From: an uncultured Fimbriimonadales bacterium
Lineage (GTDB): Bacteria; Armatimonadota; Fimbriimonadia; Fimbriimonadales; GBS-DC
Assembly (NCBI GenBank): GCA_964595265.1
Contig: CAZQPV010000001.1
Coordinates: 4,632-39,416 of the forward strand
Direction of reading: 5' to 3'
DNA length: 34,785 bases
The position numbers were made by a program, and so were the translations under genes. This document shows, piece after piece, positions 25,129 to 34,329 of the stretch (positions within the stretch are counted from its first letter, which is position 1; each line of letters starts with the position of its first letter). The notes beneath the pieces were generated by a model. It saw only the letters and a list, made by a program, of their open reading frames with translations, was not told where the DNA came from and made no database searches.

Positions 25129-25970
25129 GCGAGATTATCTCCGCCGATTCGGGCGCGGTCTATCGGGGGTTGGACATCGGCACCGCCAAGCCCACGCCCG
25201 AAGAACGGCAGCGCGTGTGGTTCCACCTGATTGATGTGGCAGACCCTGACGAAGTGTTCACCGCCTCGCGCTTTCGGGAGCTCGCGCTGGAGGCGATGGA
25301 ATCGATTTGGGCGCGAGGCAAGCGTGTGCTGATTGTGGGCGGCACGGGGCTGTACCTGCGCGTGTTGCTGCACGGCTTCAGTCTCGCACCACCCCTTACC
25401 TCGCCTGAGATTCGGGAGCGCCTGATGGCGGAGTGCAAAACCCTCGGCACACACGCGATGCACGCGCGTCTAAAGCAGGTAGACCCAACCGCCGCGGCGC
25501 GCATCCACCCCAACGACGCGGTGCGAATTGTGCGGGCGCTAGAGGTCTTCGAGATGACAGGCGTGCCCATCAGCCAGTGGCAACGACGGGCTGAGTCGGA
25601 GCTGCCGAGCCTCAAGGTGGGGCTGACCATGCCACGCCAGCAGCTCTACGCCCGAATCGACGCCCGAATCGACCAGATGGTGGCGCATGGCTTTCTACAG
25701 GAGGTGCAAAACCTCTTGCAAAAAGGGTACAATAAAGACCTGCCCGCTCTCAAAGGGCTGGGCTACCGCCAGATGATCGAGTATCTGGAGGGGCGCCTCT
25801 CGCTGGAGGAGGCGGTTCGCCTCTGGAAACGCGATACGCGGCGGTTCGCAAAGCGCCAGATGACCTGGTTCCGCAAAGAACCCGGTGTCCACTGGCTCGA
25901 CGCAAGTGCGGGCGCAGAAAAGACCGCCCAGCATATCTTGAGTCTGATTGAACAACAGGGAGGGCTATGA
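25044..25970 (+). CDS. miaA: tRNA dimethylallyltransferase MiaA
   Basis: It has the P-loop GPTATGKT and the blocks ISADSGAVYRGLDIGTAKPT, HLID and RRFAKRQMTWFR. I chose the TTG start at 25044 for length (308 aa) and its position after the TACAAT box. The track ORF starts further upstream. Confidence 0.9.
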   Translation: MSERALVILGPTATGKTAVGMLLAEALDGEIISADSGAVYRGLDIGTAKPTPEERQRVWFHLIDVADPDEVFTASRFRELALEAMESIWARGKRVLIVGGTGLYLRVLLHGFSLAPPLTSPEIRERLMAECKTLGTHAMHARLKQVDPTAAARIHPNDAVRIVRALEVFEMTGVPISQWQRRAESELPSLKVGLTMPRQQLYARIDARIDQMVAHGFLQEVQNLLQKGYNKDLPALKGLGYRQMIEYLEGRLSLEEAVRLWKRDTRRFAKRQMTWFRKEPGVHWLDASAGAEKTAQHILSLIEQQGGL

Positions 25971-25973
25971 AAG

Positions 25974-26234
25974 ATGCCAAAGTCGATTAATTTGCAGGAT
26001 ATGTTTTTGAATCAGGTGCGCAAGGAAGGTATTGGCGTAACCGTGTACCTGAGCGGTGGGCTGCAGTTGCGCGGCGTGGTGCGCGGTTTCGATGCGTTCA
26101 CCATCCTTCTGGAAAGCCCTGGCAAACCAGTTCAGCTGGTCTACAAGCACGCGGTCACTTCGATTGTGCCCTCGCGCCCGGTACCCGGCTACGGACCCAG
26201 CCGTGCTTCGCAAGAAGGTGAGTTCGAGGAGTGA
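25974..26234 (+). CDS. hfq: RNA chaperone Hfq
   Basis: Sm1/Sm2 motifs are present: QDMFLNQVRKEGIGVTVYLSGGLQLRGVVRGFDAFTILL...LVYKHAVTSIVP. This is the classic miaA-hfq arrangement, with a GGGAGGG Shine-Dalgarno. Confidence 0.93.
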   Translation: MPKSINLQDMFLNQVRKEGIGVTVYLSGGLQLRGVVRGFDAFTILLESPGKPVQLVYKHAVTSIVPSRPVPGYGPSRASQEGEFEE

Positions 26235-27097
26235 ATCGCCTCGCCTTTGTTAAGGTTCACGGCAACGGCAACGACTTCATTTTGCTGGACGGCATAGGCG
26301 AGGCACTGCCTGCGCTGGATTGGAGCATGCTGGCGCGCGCGTGGTGCCCTCGGCGTTATGCTATCGGCGCGGATGGTCTCTTGCTGGCGCTTCCCTCAGA
26401 GGTCGCTGACTACCGAATGCGCTTGTTCAACGCCGATGGCTCGGAAGCCGAGATGTGCGGCAACGGCATCCGCTGTCTGGCGCACTTTCTGTTCATGCGC
26501 TATGCGCCCGAAGCAGAGGCGTTGCGCATCGAAACCGGGGCAGGCATTCGGGAGGTGTTTCGCGCCTGCCTGGATGCCACCCAGATTCGGGTCGCGATGG
26601 GCGCGCCGCGCCTCGCTCATGCCGAAATCCCCGCCGCAGGCGCGCCCCCTGACCAACCCATCATCGAACAACCGCTCACCCTGCCCTCGGGCGAGACGCT
26701 CTGTATCTCCGCGGTCAATACCGGCACACCCCACGCTGTCTTGTTCACCGAGCGCCCTCTGAGCGAGTTCCCGCTGGAGCAAATCGGTCCGCAGGTGGAG
26801 TGGCATCCCCTCTTTCCCCAGCGCACGAACTTTCAGGTGGCGCGAATACGCACCCGCAACGAGGTGGAAGTGCGCACATGGGAACGCGGGGCAGGCGCGA
26901 CACTCGCTTGCGGCACAGGCGCATGCGCAGTGGTGGTGATCGGCGTGCTAACCGAACGGCTCGAACCCCAGACCCTCGTGCATATGCCCGGCGGCGACCT
27001 GCTTATTCACTGGGAAGACCGCGACACCCTCTGGATGACGGGACCTGCGCAGACCGCCTTTGAAGGCACGGCGCCTTTGCCCGTTCCTTCCCTCTAA
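26231..27097 (+). CDS. dapF: Diaminopimelate epimerase
   Basis: It has the blocks KVHGNGNDFILLD, the first catalytic Cys MCGNGIRC, the second ACGTGACA, and NTGTPHAV. The GTG start overlaps the hfq stop (GTGA). Confidence 0.93.
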   Translation: MNRLAFVKVHGNGNDFILLDGIGEALPALDWSMLARAWCPRRYAIGADGLLLALPSEVADYRMRLFNADGSEAEMCGNGIRCLAHFLFMRYAPEAEALRIETGAGIREVFRACLDATQIRVAMGAPRLAHAEIPAAGAPPDQPIIEQPLTLPSGETLCISAVNTGTPHAVLFTERPLSEFPLEQIGPQVEWHPLFPQRTNFQVARIRTRNEVEVRTWERGAGATLACGTGACAVVVIGVLTERLEPQTLVHMPGGDLLIHWEDRDTLWMTGPAQTAFEGTAPLPVPSL

Positions 27098-27167
27098 TCC
27101 CTCAAACGGAACCCATCGGGAGCCACAAAGCGTCAAATAGCGTATAATTACACGGGAGCCATTCACT

Positions 27168-28352
27168 ATGCGTTTACGGAACCGAATGCGATATGGGTGG
27201 GGATTGATCGCTACGCTGGCGCTCTCCCTGATGGGAATGTTCGTCAGTGCGCAGGAACCTGCCCACACCGAGCTTAGCCCAAAAGACAAAGAGGAAATCG
27301 AGCTCGGTAAGCAGATTGTCGCGGAAATCGAGAAAGAGGTCAAGTTCGTCAACGACGCCGCGCTGGCAGAGCGCGTGAACCGAATCGGGCAAACGCTCGC
27401 CGAGATTGCACGACGCACCAAAACGAAAGCGCTCTGGGGCGAGGAAGGTCCCGCACCGTTTGAGTATACTTTCCGAATTATCGACGAAAAAGAGGTCAAC
27501 GCCTTCTCCGTTCCGGGCGGCTTCATCTTTATCTACAAGGGCTTGCTGGACTTTGTGAGTAGCGACGACGAGCTGGCGGGCGTGATTGCCCACGAGATTG
27601 CCCACGCCGACCACCGCCATGTGATCCATCTGTTGCGCCGGGACGCCAAAATTCAAGAGCGCGTCCTGTTGCCAGCGATTCTGGTGGGTATTCTGGGGCG
27701 TCTGCCTTCGCAAGATATGGCGAATGTGATTACGGGCACCCAGTTTTATCGGATTGCGCGCTTGAGTAGCTTCAGTCAGGAGGCTGAAACCGACGCCGAC
27801 CTTACGGCTCTGGAGTACCTGCGCCAATCGCCCTACAACCCCGTGGGACTGCTGGTGTTTATGGAGCGGCTAGAAGCGGAAGAGCGCAAACGCCCTCAGA
27901 TTGACTGGGGCATCTTTCGCACGCACCCCGTTACGCGCGAGCGTGTGGCAAAGATTCGTCAGGCGCTCACCGAAATGGGCATCCCTATCCGCAGGCGAGA
28001 GGTCAGCCCTGCCCTACAGGTCAAGGCACTTCCCGTTGATGCGGACAAACCTGAAGGGCTATACCGGGTGGTCTATGACCAGATAGAGATTTTCACCCCG
28101 GCGAACGACTCTCAGCAGCGAGCACAACGCCTCGCAAAGGAGCTAAACCGCCTGCTGGACGATGGCTTGCAACTCTACGAAGTGCAGCTTGCTCCTGATA
28201 AGCAGGGAGTCGTGATTCGCGGGCAGGAACTGGTGCGCATCACACCCGAAGACGCCCAGCTGCGCAATAAGACCCCCGAAGAGGTAGCGCAGGCAGTTCG
28301 CGAGGCGATTCGGCGCGTGCTGTGGACCGACTCCGTGCGGATTGGCTACTAA
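27168..28352 (+). CDS. M48-family zinc metallopeptidase, secreted/periplasmic
   Basis: It has a signal-like N-terminus, the HEXXH motif HEIAHADHRH, and a downstream EAETDAD block typical of M48. Confidence 0.85.
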   Translation: MRLRNRMRYGWGLIATLALSLMGMFVSAQEPAHTELSPKDKEEIELGKQIVAEIEKEVKFVNDAALAERVNRIGQTLAEIARRTKTKALWGEEGPAPFEYTFRIIDEKEVNAFSVPGGFIFIYKGLLDFVSSDDELAGVIAHEIAHADHRHVIHLLRRDAKIQERVLLPAILVGILGRLPSQDMANVITGTQFYRIARLSSFSQEAETDADLTALEYLRQSPYNPVGLLVFMERLEAEERKRPQIDWGIFRTHPVTRERVAKIRQALTEMGIPIRRREVSPALQVKALPVDADKPEGLYRVVYDQIEIFTPANDSQQRAQRLAKELNRLLDDGLQLYEVQLAPDKQGVVIRGQELVRITPEDAQLRNKTPEEVAQAVREAIRRVLWTDSVRIGY

Positions 28353-29341
28353 CCGGGCACCGGCTCGCGCTTGCCCGCAAAAATATCGCGAATAATCTCG
28401 TCGATATCCACCTCTTCAATCGTGATGTCGTGAATGGGGAACGCCTGCAACAGCGCGCTGGCGACCCGGCTCACCTGCTCGCGTGGCACCTCCAGCACTG
28501 CCGAAAGCGGCTCCATGCGCACAATCCGACCATAGCCCTCCAAATCCGCCGCCGAAACGGGACGCTCAAACTGCAAATGGAGCGCACGCGAGGGGCTGAA
28601 ACGCTCCACCAGCGCACGGAGCGTGTCGTCAAAAATCAGCTGCCCGTGATGGATAATCAACACCCGCTGTGCCAGCTCCTGCACATCCTGCATATAGTGG
28701 CTGGTGAGCAGAATCGTGGTGCGCTCGCGCTGGTTATACTCTCTGAGAAACTCACGGATGCGCTTCTGCGAGACCACATCCAGCCCGATGGTCGGCTCGT
28801 CCAGAAACAGCACGCGCGGGCGATGCAACAACGCTGCCAGCAGTTCGCACTTCATCCGCTCCCCCAGCGAGAGGCGCCGCACCTGCGTGTGCAATACATG
28901 CCGAATCTCCAGCATCTCCGCCAGCTCGTAAACCCGGCGCTCAAACACCTCATCAGGAATCTCATAAAGCGCCTTAAGCAGAATGTAAGACTCATACGGG
29001 GGCAAATCCCACCAGAGCTGCATCTTCTGCCCCATCACCAGCGCAATCTGGCGTTGCATTTCGGGACGGCGCTCCCAGGGCACAAACCCCAGCACCCGCG
29101 CTGTGCCTGAGGTGGGAAAAATGATTCCAGAAAGCATCTTCAGCGTGGTGGTCTTGCCTGCCCCGTTCGGTCCCAGAAAGCCCACCAGCTCGCCCTCTTC
29201 AATACGGAACGAAATGTCGCGCACCGCCTGTACCTCGTGGCGCTCGCGATGAAACAGACTCTTAATCGCGCCCCACAATCCGGGCGGGCGCTTGTACGAG
29301 ATATAGGTCTTGCTGAGGTGTTCCGCTTCAATAACGGGCAT
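28349..29341 (-). CDS. ABC transporter ATP-binding protein (no permease gene adjacent)
   Basis: It has Walker [10 protein letters not shown], signature LSLGERMK, Walker [12 protein letters not shown] and an H-loop TSHYM. I chose the ATG at 29341 ([13 protein letters not shown]) because GGTATACT lies 8 nt upstream. Confidence 0.88.
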   Translation of the reverse strand: MPVIEAEHLSKTYISYKRPPGLWGAIKSLFHRERHEVQAVRDISFRIEEGELVGFLGPNGAGKTTTLKMLSGIIFPTSGTARVLGFVPWERRPEMQRQIALVMGQKMQLWWDLPPYESYILLKALYEIPDEVFERRVYELAEMLEIRHVLHTQVRRLSLGERMKCELLAALLHRPRVLFLDEPTIGLDVVSQKRIREFLREYNQRERTTILLTSHYMQDVQELAQRVLIIHHGQLIFDDTLRALVERFSPSRALHLQFERPVSAADLEGYGRIVRMEPLSAVLEVPREQVSRVASALLQAFPIHDITIEEVDIDEIIRDIFAGKREPVPG

Positions 29342-29348
29342 GGGTATC

Positions 29349-29375
29349 AAGTATACCCTGCTGAAAGGTATACTT
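29349..29375. promoter_or_regulatory. Perfect 9-bp inverted repeat AAGTATACC/GGTATACTT, giving back-to-back TATACT -10 boxes for the divergent ABC ATPase and hslU genes
   Basis: Read directly: AAGTATACC at 29349-29357 and GGTATACTT at 29367-29375, with a 9-nt spacer. Confidence 0.5.
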
Positions 29376-29399
29376 AACCCTGTGAAAACGCCCGTACCG

Positions 29400-30809
29400 A
29401 TGGAATCGCTCACGCCCCGCCAGATAGTTGCGGAGCTAGATAAGTATATCGTAGGTCAGACCCGTGCGAAACGCGCCGTTGCAATTGCTCTGCGCAACCG
29501 CTATCGCCGCCAGTTGCTGCCCCCACACCTTCGGGATGAGGTGCTACCCAAAAACATTTTGATGATCGGTCCCACTGGGGTGGGTAAGACCGAGATTGCA
29601 CGCCGATTGGCGCTGCTGGTGCGTGCCCCTTTTATCAAGGTGGAAGCCACCAAGTTCACCGAAGTCGGCTATGTGGGGCGCAATGTGGACTCGATGATTC
29701 GCGATCTTACAAATGTCGCCGTGCGCATGGTGGAACAGGAGAAGATGGAAGAGGTGCGCCCCAAAGCGCGCGAGCGTGCCATTGAGCGAATCGCCAGCCA
29801 GCTCGTGGAGATTGAGATGCCCCGACGCCGCCGACGCACCCCGCCCCCTTCCCCTCTCGCGGCGTTTCTGGAAATTTTTGAAGAAGAGGAAAACGAATCG
29901 CCACGCGAGTCCAAAGAGCGCGCCGCGAAACGACGTCAGCGCAAACGCGAAATCATCAAACAACTCAAAAACGGCGAGCTGATGGACGAAACCCTCACCG
30001 TCGAGGTGGAAGAAAACGCCTCCCCCTTCGTGCAAATCTTCTCACCTCAGGGCATCGAGGAAATGGGCATCGATATAGAAATGTTCTCGCCCTTTGGACC
30101 GCGTTCCCAATCGGAGCGCACGGTCTCAGTGGCAGAAGCGATAGAAATCTACACGCAGCAGGAGGCGCGAAAACTGCTGGACCGCGGCGCGCTCATTCGG
30201 GAAGCCATCCAGCGCGTGGAGCAGACGGGAATCGTGTTTCTGGACGAGATAGACAAAATCGCGGGCGCACGCAGCACGATTGGTCCCGATGTGAGTCGTG
30301 AAGGGGTACAGCGCGACCTGCTGCCGATTATCGAAGGCTCCACCGTCGCGACCAAGTACGGACCCGTGCGCACCGACCATATTCTGTTCATTGCCGCAGG
30401 CGCGTTCCATATGTCCAAACCCTCGGATCTGATTCCCGAGCTGCAGGGACGCCTGCCCATCCGTGTGGAGCTGGACCCGCTCGGCTCCGAAGATTTTCGG
30501 CGCATCCTCGCCGAGCCTGAAAACGCGCTCATCAAGCAGTATCAGCACCTGATGGCGACCGAAGGCGTGAGTATCGAGTTCACCGACGATGCCATCGATG
30601 AGATTGCACGGATTGCGCATGAGGTCAACACCCGCACCGAGAATATCGGCGCACGGCGCTTGCACACCGTGATGGAGCGCCTGATGGAAGACCTCTCCTT
30701 TGAGGCGCCAGAGCGCAGGGGCGAGCATGTGGTCATCGATGCGGCATATGTGCGGGCGCGTCTGGCGGATATTGTGCAGGATGTGGACTTGAGCCGTTAT
30801 ATTCTGTAG
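29400..30809 (+). CDS. hslU: ATP-dependent protease ATPase subunit HslU (no hslV upstream)
   Basis: It starts [17 protein letters not shown], has Walker [16 protein letters not shown], an I-domain insertion, Walker [11 protein letters not shown] and the canonical C-terminus DLSRYIL. I chose the ATG at 29400. Confidence 0.93.
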   Translation: MESLTPRQIVAELDKYIVGQTRAKRAVAIALRNRYRRQLLPPHLRDEVLPKNILMIGPTGVGKTEIARRLALLVRAPFIKVEATKFTEVGYVGRNVDSMIRDLTNVAVRMVEQEKMEEVRPKARERAIERIASQLVEIEMPRRRRRTPPPSPLAAFLEIFEEEENESPRESKERAAKRRQRKREIIKQLKNGELMDETLTVEVEENASPFVQIFSPQGIEEMGIDIEMFSPFGPRSQSERTVSVAEAIEIYTQQEARKLLDRGALIREAIQRVEQTGIVFLDEIDKIAGARSTIGPDVSREGVQRDLLPIIEGSTVATKYGPVRTDHILFIAAGAFHMSKPSDLIPELQGRLPIRVELDPLGSEDFRRILAEPENALIKQYQHLMATEGVSIEFTDDAIDEIARIAHEVNTRTENIGARRLHTVMERLMEDLSFEAPERRGEHVVIDAAYVRARLADIVQDVDLSRYIL

Positions 30810-31665
30810 GATGGCGCTGACGCCACTGGCGCACCAGTCGGTTCGGCATCCAGGGAGCGCGTAAAAACAGCGTGCCGATGCTGAACGCGCGCGCTCCCAG
30901 CGCCCACAACTCCTCTAAATCGCGAAGCGTGTAAATACCGCCCCCCGCTATCAAAGGCAAATGGGTTGCCTCGCGCAGTTTGCGAACGGCTTCGCGCGCC
31001 ATCGGACGAATCGGCTCGCCCGAAACGCCTCCACCCCCCAGTTTCGCCAGCGGCGACGGTTTATCGGGGAAAACCATCCGCCACGGCACAGCGTTAATTG
31101 CGTGAATCGCCTCCGCGACGCCCTCCACAGCGCGTGCAATCTCCGTGTAAGGCTGGTCATAGCCCACTTTAACAATTAGCGGGTGTCCCGACTCCGCAAG
31201 CGCCTCGGCGAGCGTGCGCACATGGGCGACTGCGCTCTCGTGAGGCACATTCGGACAGGAGGCGTTGAGTTCCATCGCGGCAATTTCCAGAGGCTTGAGT
31301 TTCTCTGCAAACGCCTGCGCCTCGGCAGCGTTCTCGGCAAACACCGAAACCACAATCTGCAGACGCATCCGCTTCATACGCGGATAACAGGTGCGAATCC
31401 ACCAGTCCACCCCCGGATTCGTCAGCCCGACAGCATTAACCGTTCCCCCTGAAATAAGGCGTACACAGCGCCAGGGTGCGTACCAGCGCAGGTTTCCGCG
31501 TCGGGGCGCCAGCGTGAGCGTTTTGACCACAATCGCGAAGTCATGGGGGTTCAGAATGCCGAGCCACCGGAGGGGATACTCCCACCACCAACCGCGCCCG
31601 TCAAAGCCCAGCGCCCCACTCCCCGTGAGGAACTCTAGCCGTTCGCCGTTCGATAGCGTGATCAC
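30733..31665 (-). CDS. Dihydroorotate dehydrogenase-family TIM-barrel flavoprotein (class 1-like); function not assignable
   Basis: It carries [26 protein letters not shown] (Cys base as in class 1A) and [11 protein letters not shown]...PLIAGGGI. The start is GTG at 31665. The last ~25 codons overlap the hslU 3' end. Confidence 0.7.
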   Translation of the reverse strand: MITLSNGERLEFLTGSGALGFDGRGWWWEYPLRWLGILNPHDFAIVVKTLTLAPRRGNLRWYAPWRCVRLISGGTVNAVGLTNPGVDWWIRTCYPRMKRMRLQIVVSVFAENAAEAQAFAEKLKPLEIAAMELNASCPNVPHESAVAHVRTLAEALAESGHPLIVKVGYDQPYTEIARAVEGVAEAIHAINAVPWRMVFPDKPSPLAKLGGGGVSGEPIRPMAREAVRKLREATHLPLIAGGGIYTLRDLEELWALGARAFSIGTLFLRAPWMPNRLVRQWRQRHPTEYNGSSPHPAQYPPDAPAHMPHR

Positions 31666-31724
31666 AGCCTATGTTGTACCCGATTAGCTTCAGCCCTGCC
31701 ATACCCAGCGGGTACAATTGAAAT

Positions 31725-32816
31725 ATGCCCATCACGGTACGCGAGGTGTTGAAAGCGCTGAACCAGATTGCGCCGCCTCACTGGGCGCTCCGCGACGACC
31801 CGATTGGTCTCCAGATTGGCTCGCCCGACCAGAGCGTGGAGCGCATTCTGGTGGCGTTAGACCCTGACCCCAAGACGGTAGTTCAGGCGCACTATCGCGG
31901 CTGCCAGCTCCTGATTACGCACCACCCCCTGATTTATCGCCCTCTGCGCACGATTCGCTTTGACGACCCCGTGGGTCAGGCAGTCCAGACCCTTTGCGCC
32001 CACCAGATTGCCCATATCGCTGTGCATACCAACTGGGATACCGCGCCAGGAGGCGTTAACGACGCGCTGGCGCAAACGGTGGGATTGGAAGAGGTGCGCC
32101 CCTTCGGCGAGGGCACCTCTGTGCCCCAATTCAAGCTGGTGGTGTTCGTGCCGACTGCTTATCTGGACGCTGTGCTGGATGCGATGGCAGATGCGGGCGC
32201 AGGGGTGATTGGGTTGTACCGTCGGTGCGCCTTCTATCACCCCGGCACAGGCACTTACGAGCCGATGGAGGGCGCGAACCCGTTTCAGGGCGCGGTCGGA
32301 CAGCGCGAGCATGCGGAAGAGATGCGCCTTGAGGTACTTGTGCCCGCCGACCGACTGGAAACGGTGATTGCCGAAATGAAGCGCGTTCACCCCTATGAAG
32401 AAGTGGCATACGATGTCTACCCGCTCCACACACCTCAGGTCTACCCGCTGGGGCGGGTGGGGCGCCTGCCACGCGCAATGCTCGCCAGCGAACTGCGCGA
32501 TTACCTCGCCGAGAAGCTGGGCAATCCCTATGTGCGCGTTTACGGCAAGCCGAACGCGATAATTCGCACGCTGGCGGTGGTGGGCGGCTCTGGGGGCGAC
32601 TATCTGGCTCAGGCGAAAGCTGCGCTCGCCGACGCCCTGCTCGCCGGCGAAGTCAGACACCATCACACATGGGAGGCGTGGGCGCGCGATGTGGTACTGT
32701 TTGAAGGTGGGCATGCCGAAACCGAGATGCCGGGCGTCCACGCGCTCGCCGAACGCCTGCGCCCCATGCTGGAACCCTACGGCGTGGAAATCCTCACACA
32801 GGGAGAACACTCATGA
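31725..32816 (+). CDS. Nif3-like dinuclear metal centre protein (YbgI/GTP cyclohydrolase 1 type 2 family) with an inserted PII-like domain
   Basis: It has the blocks DDPIGLQIGS, ILVALDPD, LLITHHPLIYRPL, the inserted domain (KLVVFVP...AGAG) and a C-terminal GGHAETE. Confidence 0.88.
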   Translation: MPITVREVLKALNQIAPPHWALRDDPIGLQIGSPDQSVERILVALDPDPKTVVQAHYRGCQLLITHHPLIYRPLRTIRFDDPVGQAVQTLCAHQIAHIAVHTNWDTAPGGVNDALAQTVGLEEVRPFGEGTSVPQFKLVVFVPTAYLDAVLDAMADAGAGVIGLYRRCAFYHPGTGTYEPMEGANPFQGAVGQREHAEEMRLEVLVPADRLETVIAEMKRVHPYEEVAYDVYPLHTPQVYPLGRVGRLPRAMLASELRDYLAEKLGNPYVRVYGKPNAIIRTLAVVGGSGGDYLAQAKAALADALLAGEVRHHHTWEAWARDVVLFEGGHAETEMPGVHALAERLRPMLEPYGVEILTQGEHS

Positions 32817-33403
32817 ACACCTACCGCGTGCTGATTGTGGACGACGAACCCGTGATTCGGATGGACCTGCGCGCCATGCTGGAATCGATGGAACACACCG
32901 TTGTGGGCGAAGCCGATAACGGAGAGACCGCCCTCGCGTTGGCGCGTTCCCTGCAACCCGACCTCGTTATCGTGGACATCATGATGCCCGGCATGGACGG
33001 AATAGAACTTTCCCGCCGCCTGGCAAAGGAGCGGATTGCCCCCGTGCTGATCTTAACCGCCTACAGCGAGCAGGCGATGATCGAAGGAGCGGACAAAGCA
33101 GGGGTGCTGGGCTACCTCGTGAAACCCTTTCGCGAAGCGGACCTAGCCCCTGCCATCCAGGTGGCGGTCAGCCGCTACCGGGAGATGCGTGCGATAGAGA
33201 CGCAGATGCTGAATCTGGAGCGTGAGATGAAGGCGCGAAAGACTATCGGGCGCGCCCGACGAGTGCTGGCGCAAAAGCTCGGTCTCTCCGAAGAGGAGGC
33301 GTTCCGACGCATGGTCAGCACCGCCGAAAGCACAGGCAAGCCGCTGGTGGAAGTCGCCGAAGCCGTACTGCTGGCGCATCAGGTGGAGCCAGAACAGGAT
33401 TAA
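32813..33403 (+). CDS. Response regulator with ANTAR RNA-binding output domain (PdtaR/AmiR-like)
   Basis: The REC domain has VLIVDDEP, the phospho-acceptor DLVIVDIMMPGMDG, and KPF. The C-terminal ANTAR region reads RKTIGRARRVLAQKLGLSEEEAFRRM. Its start overlaps the nif3 stop (ATGA). Confidence 0.88.
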   Translation: MNTYRVLIVDDEPVIRMDLRAMLESMEHTVVGEADNGETALALARSLQPDLVIVDIMMPGMDGIELSRRLAKERIAPVLILTAYSEQAMIEGADKAGVLGYLVKPFREADLAPAIQVAVSRYREMRAIETQMLNLEREMKARKTIGRARRVLAQKLGLSEEEAFRRMVSTAESTGKPLVEVAEAVLLAHQVEPEQD

Positions 33404-34233
33404 TCGCGCTCCAGCAACTCCGCCCCCTCAATTCGCGAATCGGTCATCAGCAAAACGCCCTCCGCTTCCGCCAGAGCCTGCGCTTCGGGCGTTATATAGC
33501 TGCCAACCGCAACCGGGTAGGCTTGCAGACCTTGCTCACGCAGAATCTGTGCCCGGTCGCGGGCGCGGATGACATCCGTTACGCCAATGCCCCACGACAC
33601 TTCCACAGCCAGATACACTTCGCGCCTGTCGGAGCGCCGCAATCCGCGTATAATATAGTCTAGCTCCAGCAGTTGGGAACGCTGAGGTTCGGGGATCTCG
33701 GCTCCGTCTTCAATCTCATCGCAGATTTCGCCAGGCGCATAGACTCGCACTTTGCGTAGAAGCCGTCCAAAATACGTCTTGGCTCGATGCCCCCACTGCA
33801 ACTCCAGCACAATCCCCCTGAGCTGACCCACATCATCCCGAAGCTCTTTGATTTCAGCTTCGACTCGCTCAAAGCGCGCGGTGAACTCTGCGCGCATTTG
33901 CTCCATTTCGCTTCGCAAGTCTTGATGGCGCTGCTCGAACTCCAGCCGCATCGCCTGCATCTGTTCCTGGAACTCCCGACGCAACTCCTGCAGGCGCTGT
34001 TCAACCTCTCGGCGCATCGCTTGAATCTGCTCCTGAAACTCCTGGCGCATCGCTTGCATTTCGCGCTCGAAGTCGGCACGCTGGCGGGCAATCTGCTCTT
34101 CAATAGCCGCCATGCGCTCTTCGTGAGCCTGCATGCGCCGCTCGTGCGCCATCAGCATCTCACGCACTTCGGCGCGAAATTCGCAGAACTCCTGAGGCAG
34201 TGCAAGCAGGTCTTGTGGCAGCAGCACGCTCAA
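33400..34233 (-). CDS. Hypothetical protein: ~130-aa Glu/Gln/Arg-rich coiled-coil with internal repeats plus a C-terminal domain with a PD-(D/E)xK-like pattern
   Basis: It has repeated QAMRxEFxEQ units. The C-terminal ELDYIIRG...VYLAVEVSWG...DVIRARDRAQIL is reminiscent of restriction-endonuclease-fold proteins fused to coiled-coils. The TTG start is uncertain. Confidence 0.45.
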   Translation of the reverse strand: MSVLLPQDLLALPQEFCEFRAEVREMLMAHERRMQAHEERMAAIEEQIARQRADFEREMQAMRQEFQEQIQAMRREVEQRLQELRREFQEQMQAMRLEFEQRHQDLRSEMEQMRAEFTARFERVEAEIKELRDDVGQLRGIVLELQWGHRAKTYFGRLLRKVRVYAPGEICDEIEDGAEIPEPQRSQLLELDYIIRGLRRSDRREVYLAVEVSWGIGVTDVIRARDRAQILREQGLQAYPVAVGSYITPEAQALAEAEGVLLMTDSRIEGAELLERD

Positions 34234-34304
34234 CAGCGCCTCGCGCCACTCTGGATGTGGCGAATAATCTGAATCAGGTCTTCAATCGAGCGAATCTGAG
34301 GCAT
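34230..34304 (-). CDS. Possible 24-codon upstream ORF (MPQIRSIEDLIQIIRHIQSGARRC) whose stop overlaps the TTG start of the coiled-coil ORF
   Basis: GGTATAAT (reverse complement of 34314-34321) lies 9 nt upstream of the ATG at 34304. The stop TGA at 34230-34232 overlaps the TTG at 34231-34233. This could instead be the true N-terminus separated by a frameshift. Confidence 0.2.
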   Translation of the reverse strand: MPQIRSIEDLIQIIRHIQSGARRC

Positions 34305-34329
34305 TGTTTCAGAATTATACCGCACAAAC

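Noticed and set aside
33950-34090. Imperfect tandem DNA repeats (gcgcatcgcttg[a/c]at.. units) that might be a non-coding repeat array or CRISPR-like.
   Set aside because: They are in frame within a long ORF and encode the repeated QAMRxEFxEQ coiled-coil heptads. There are no spacer-like unique units of constant length.
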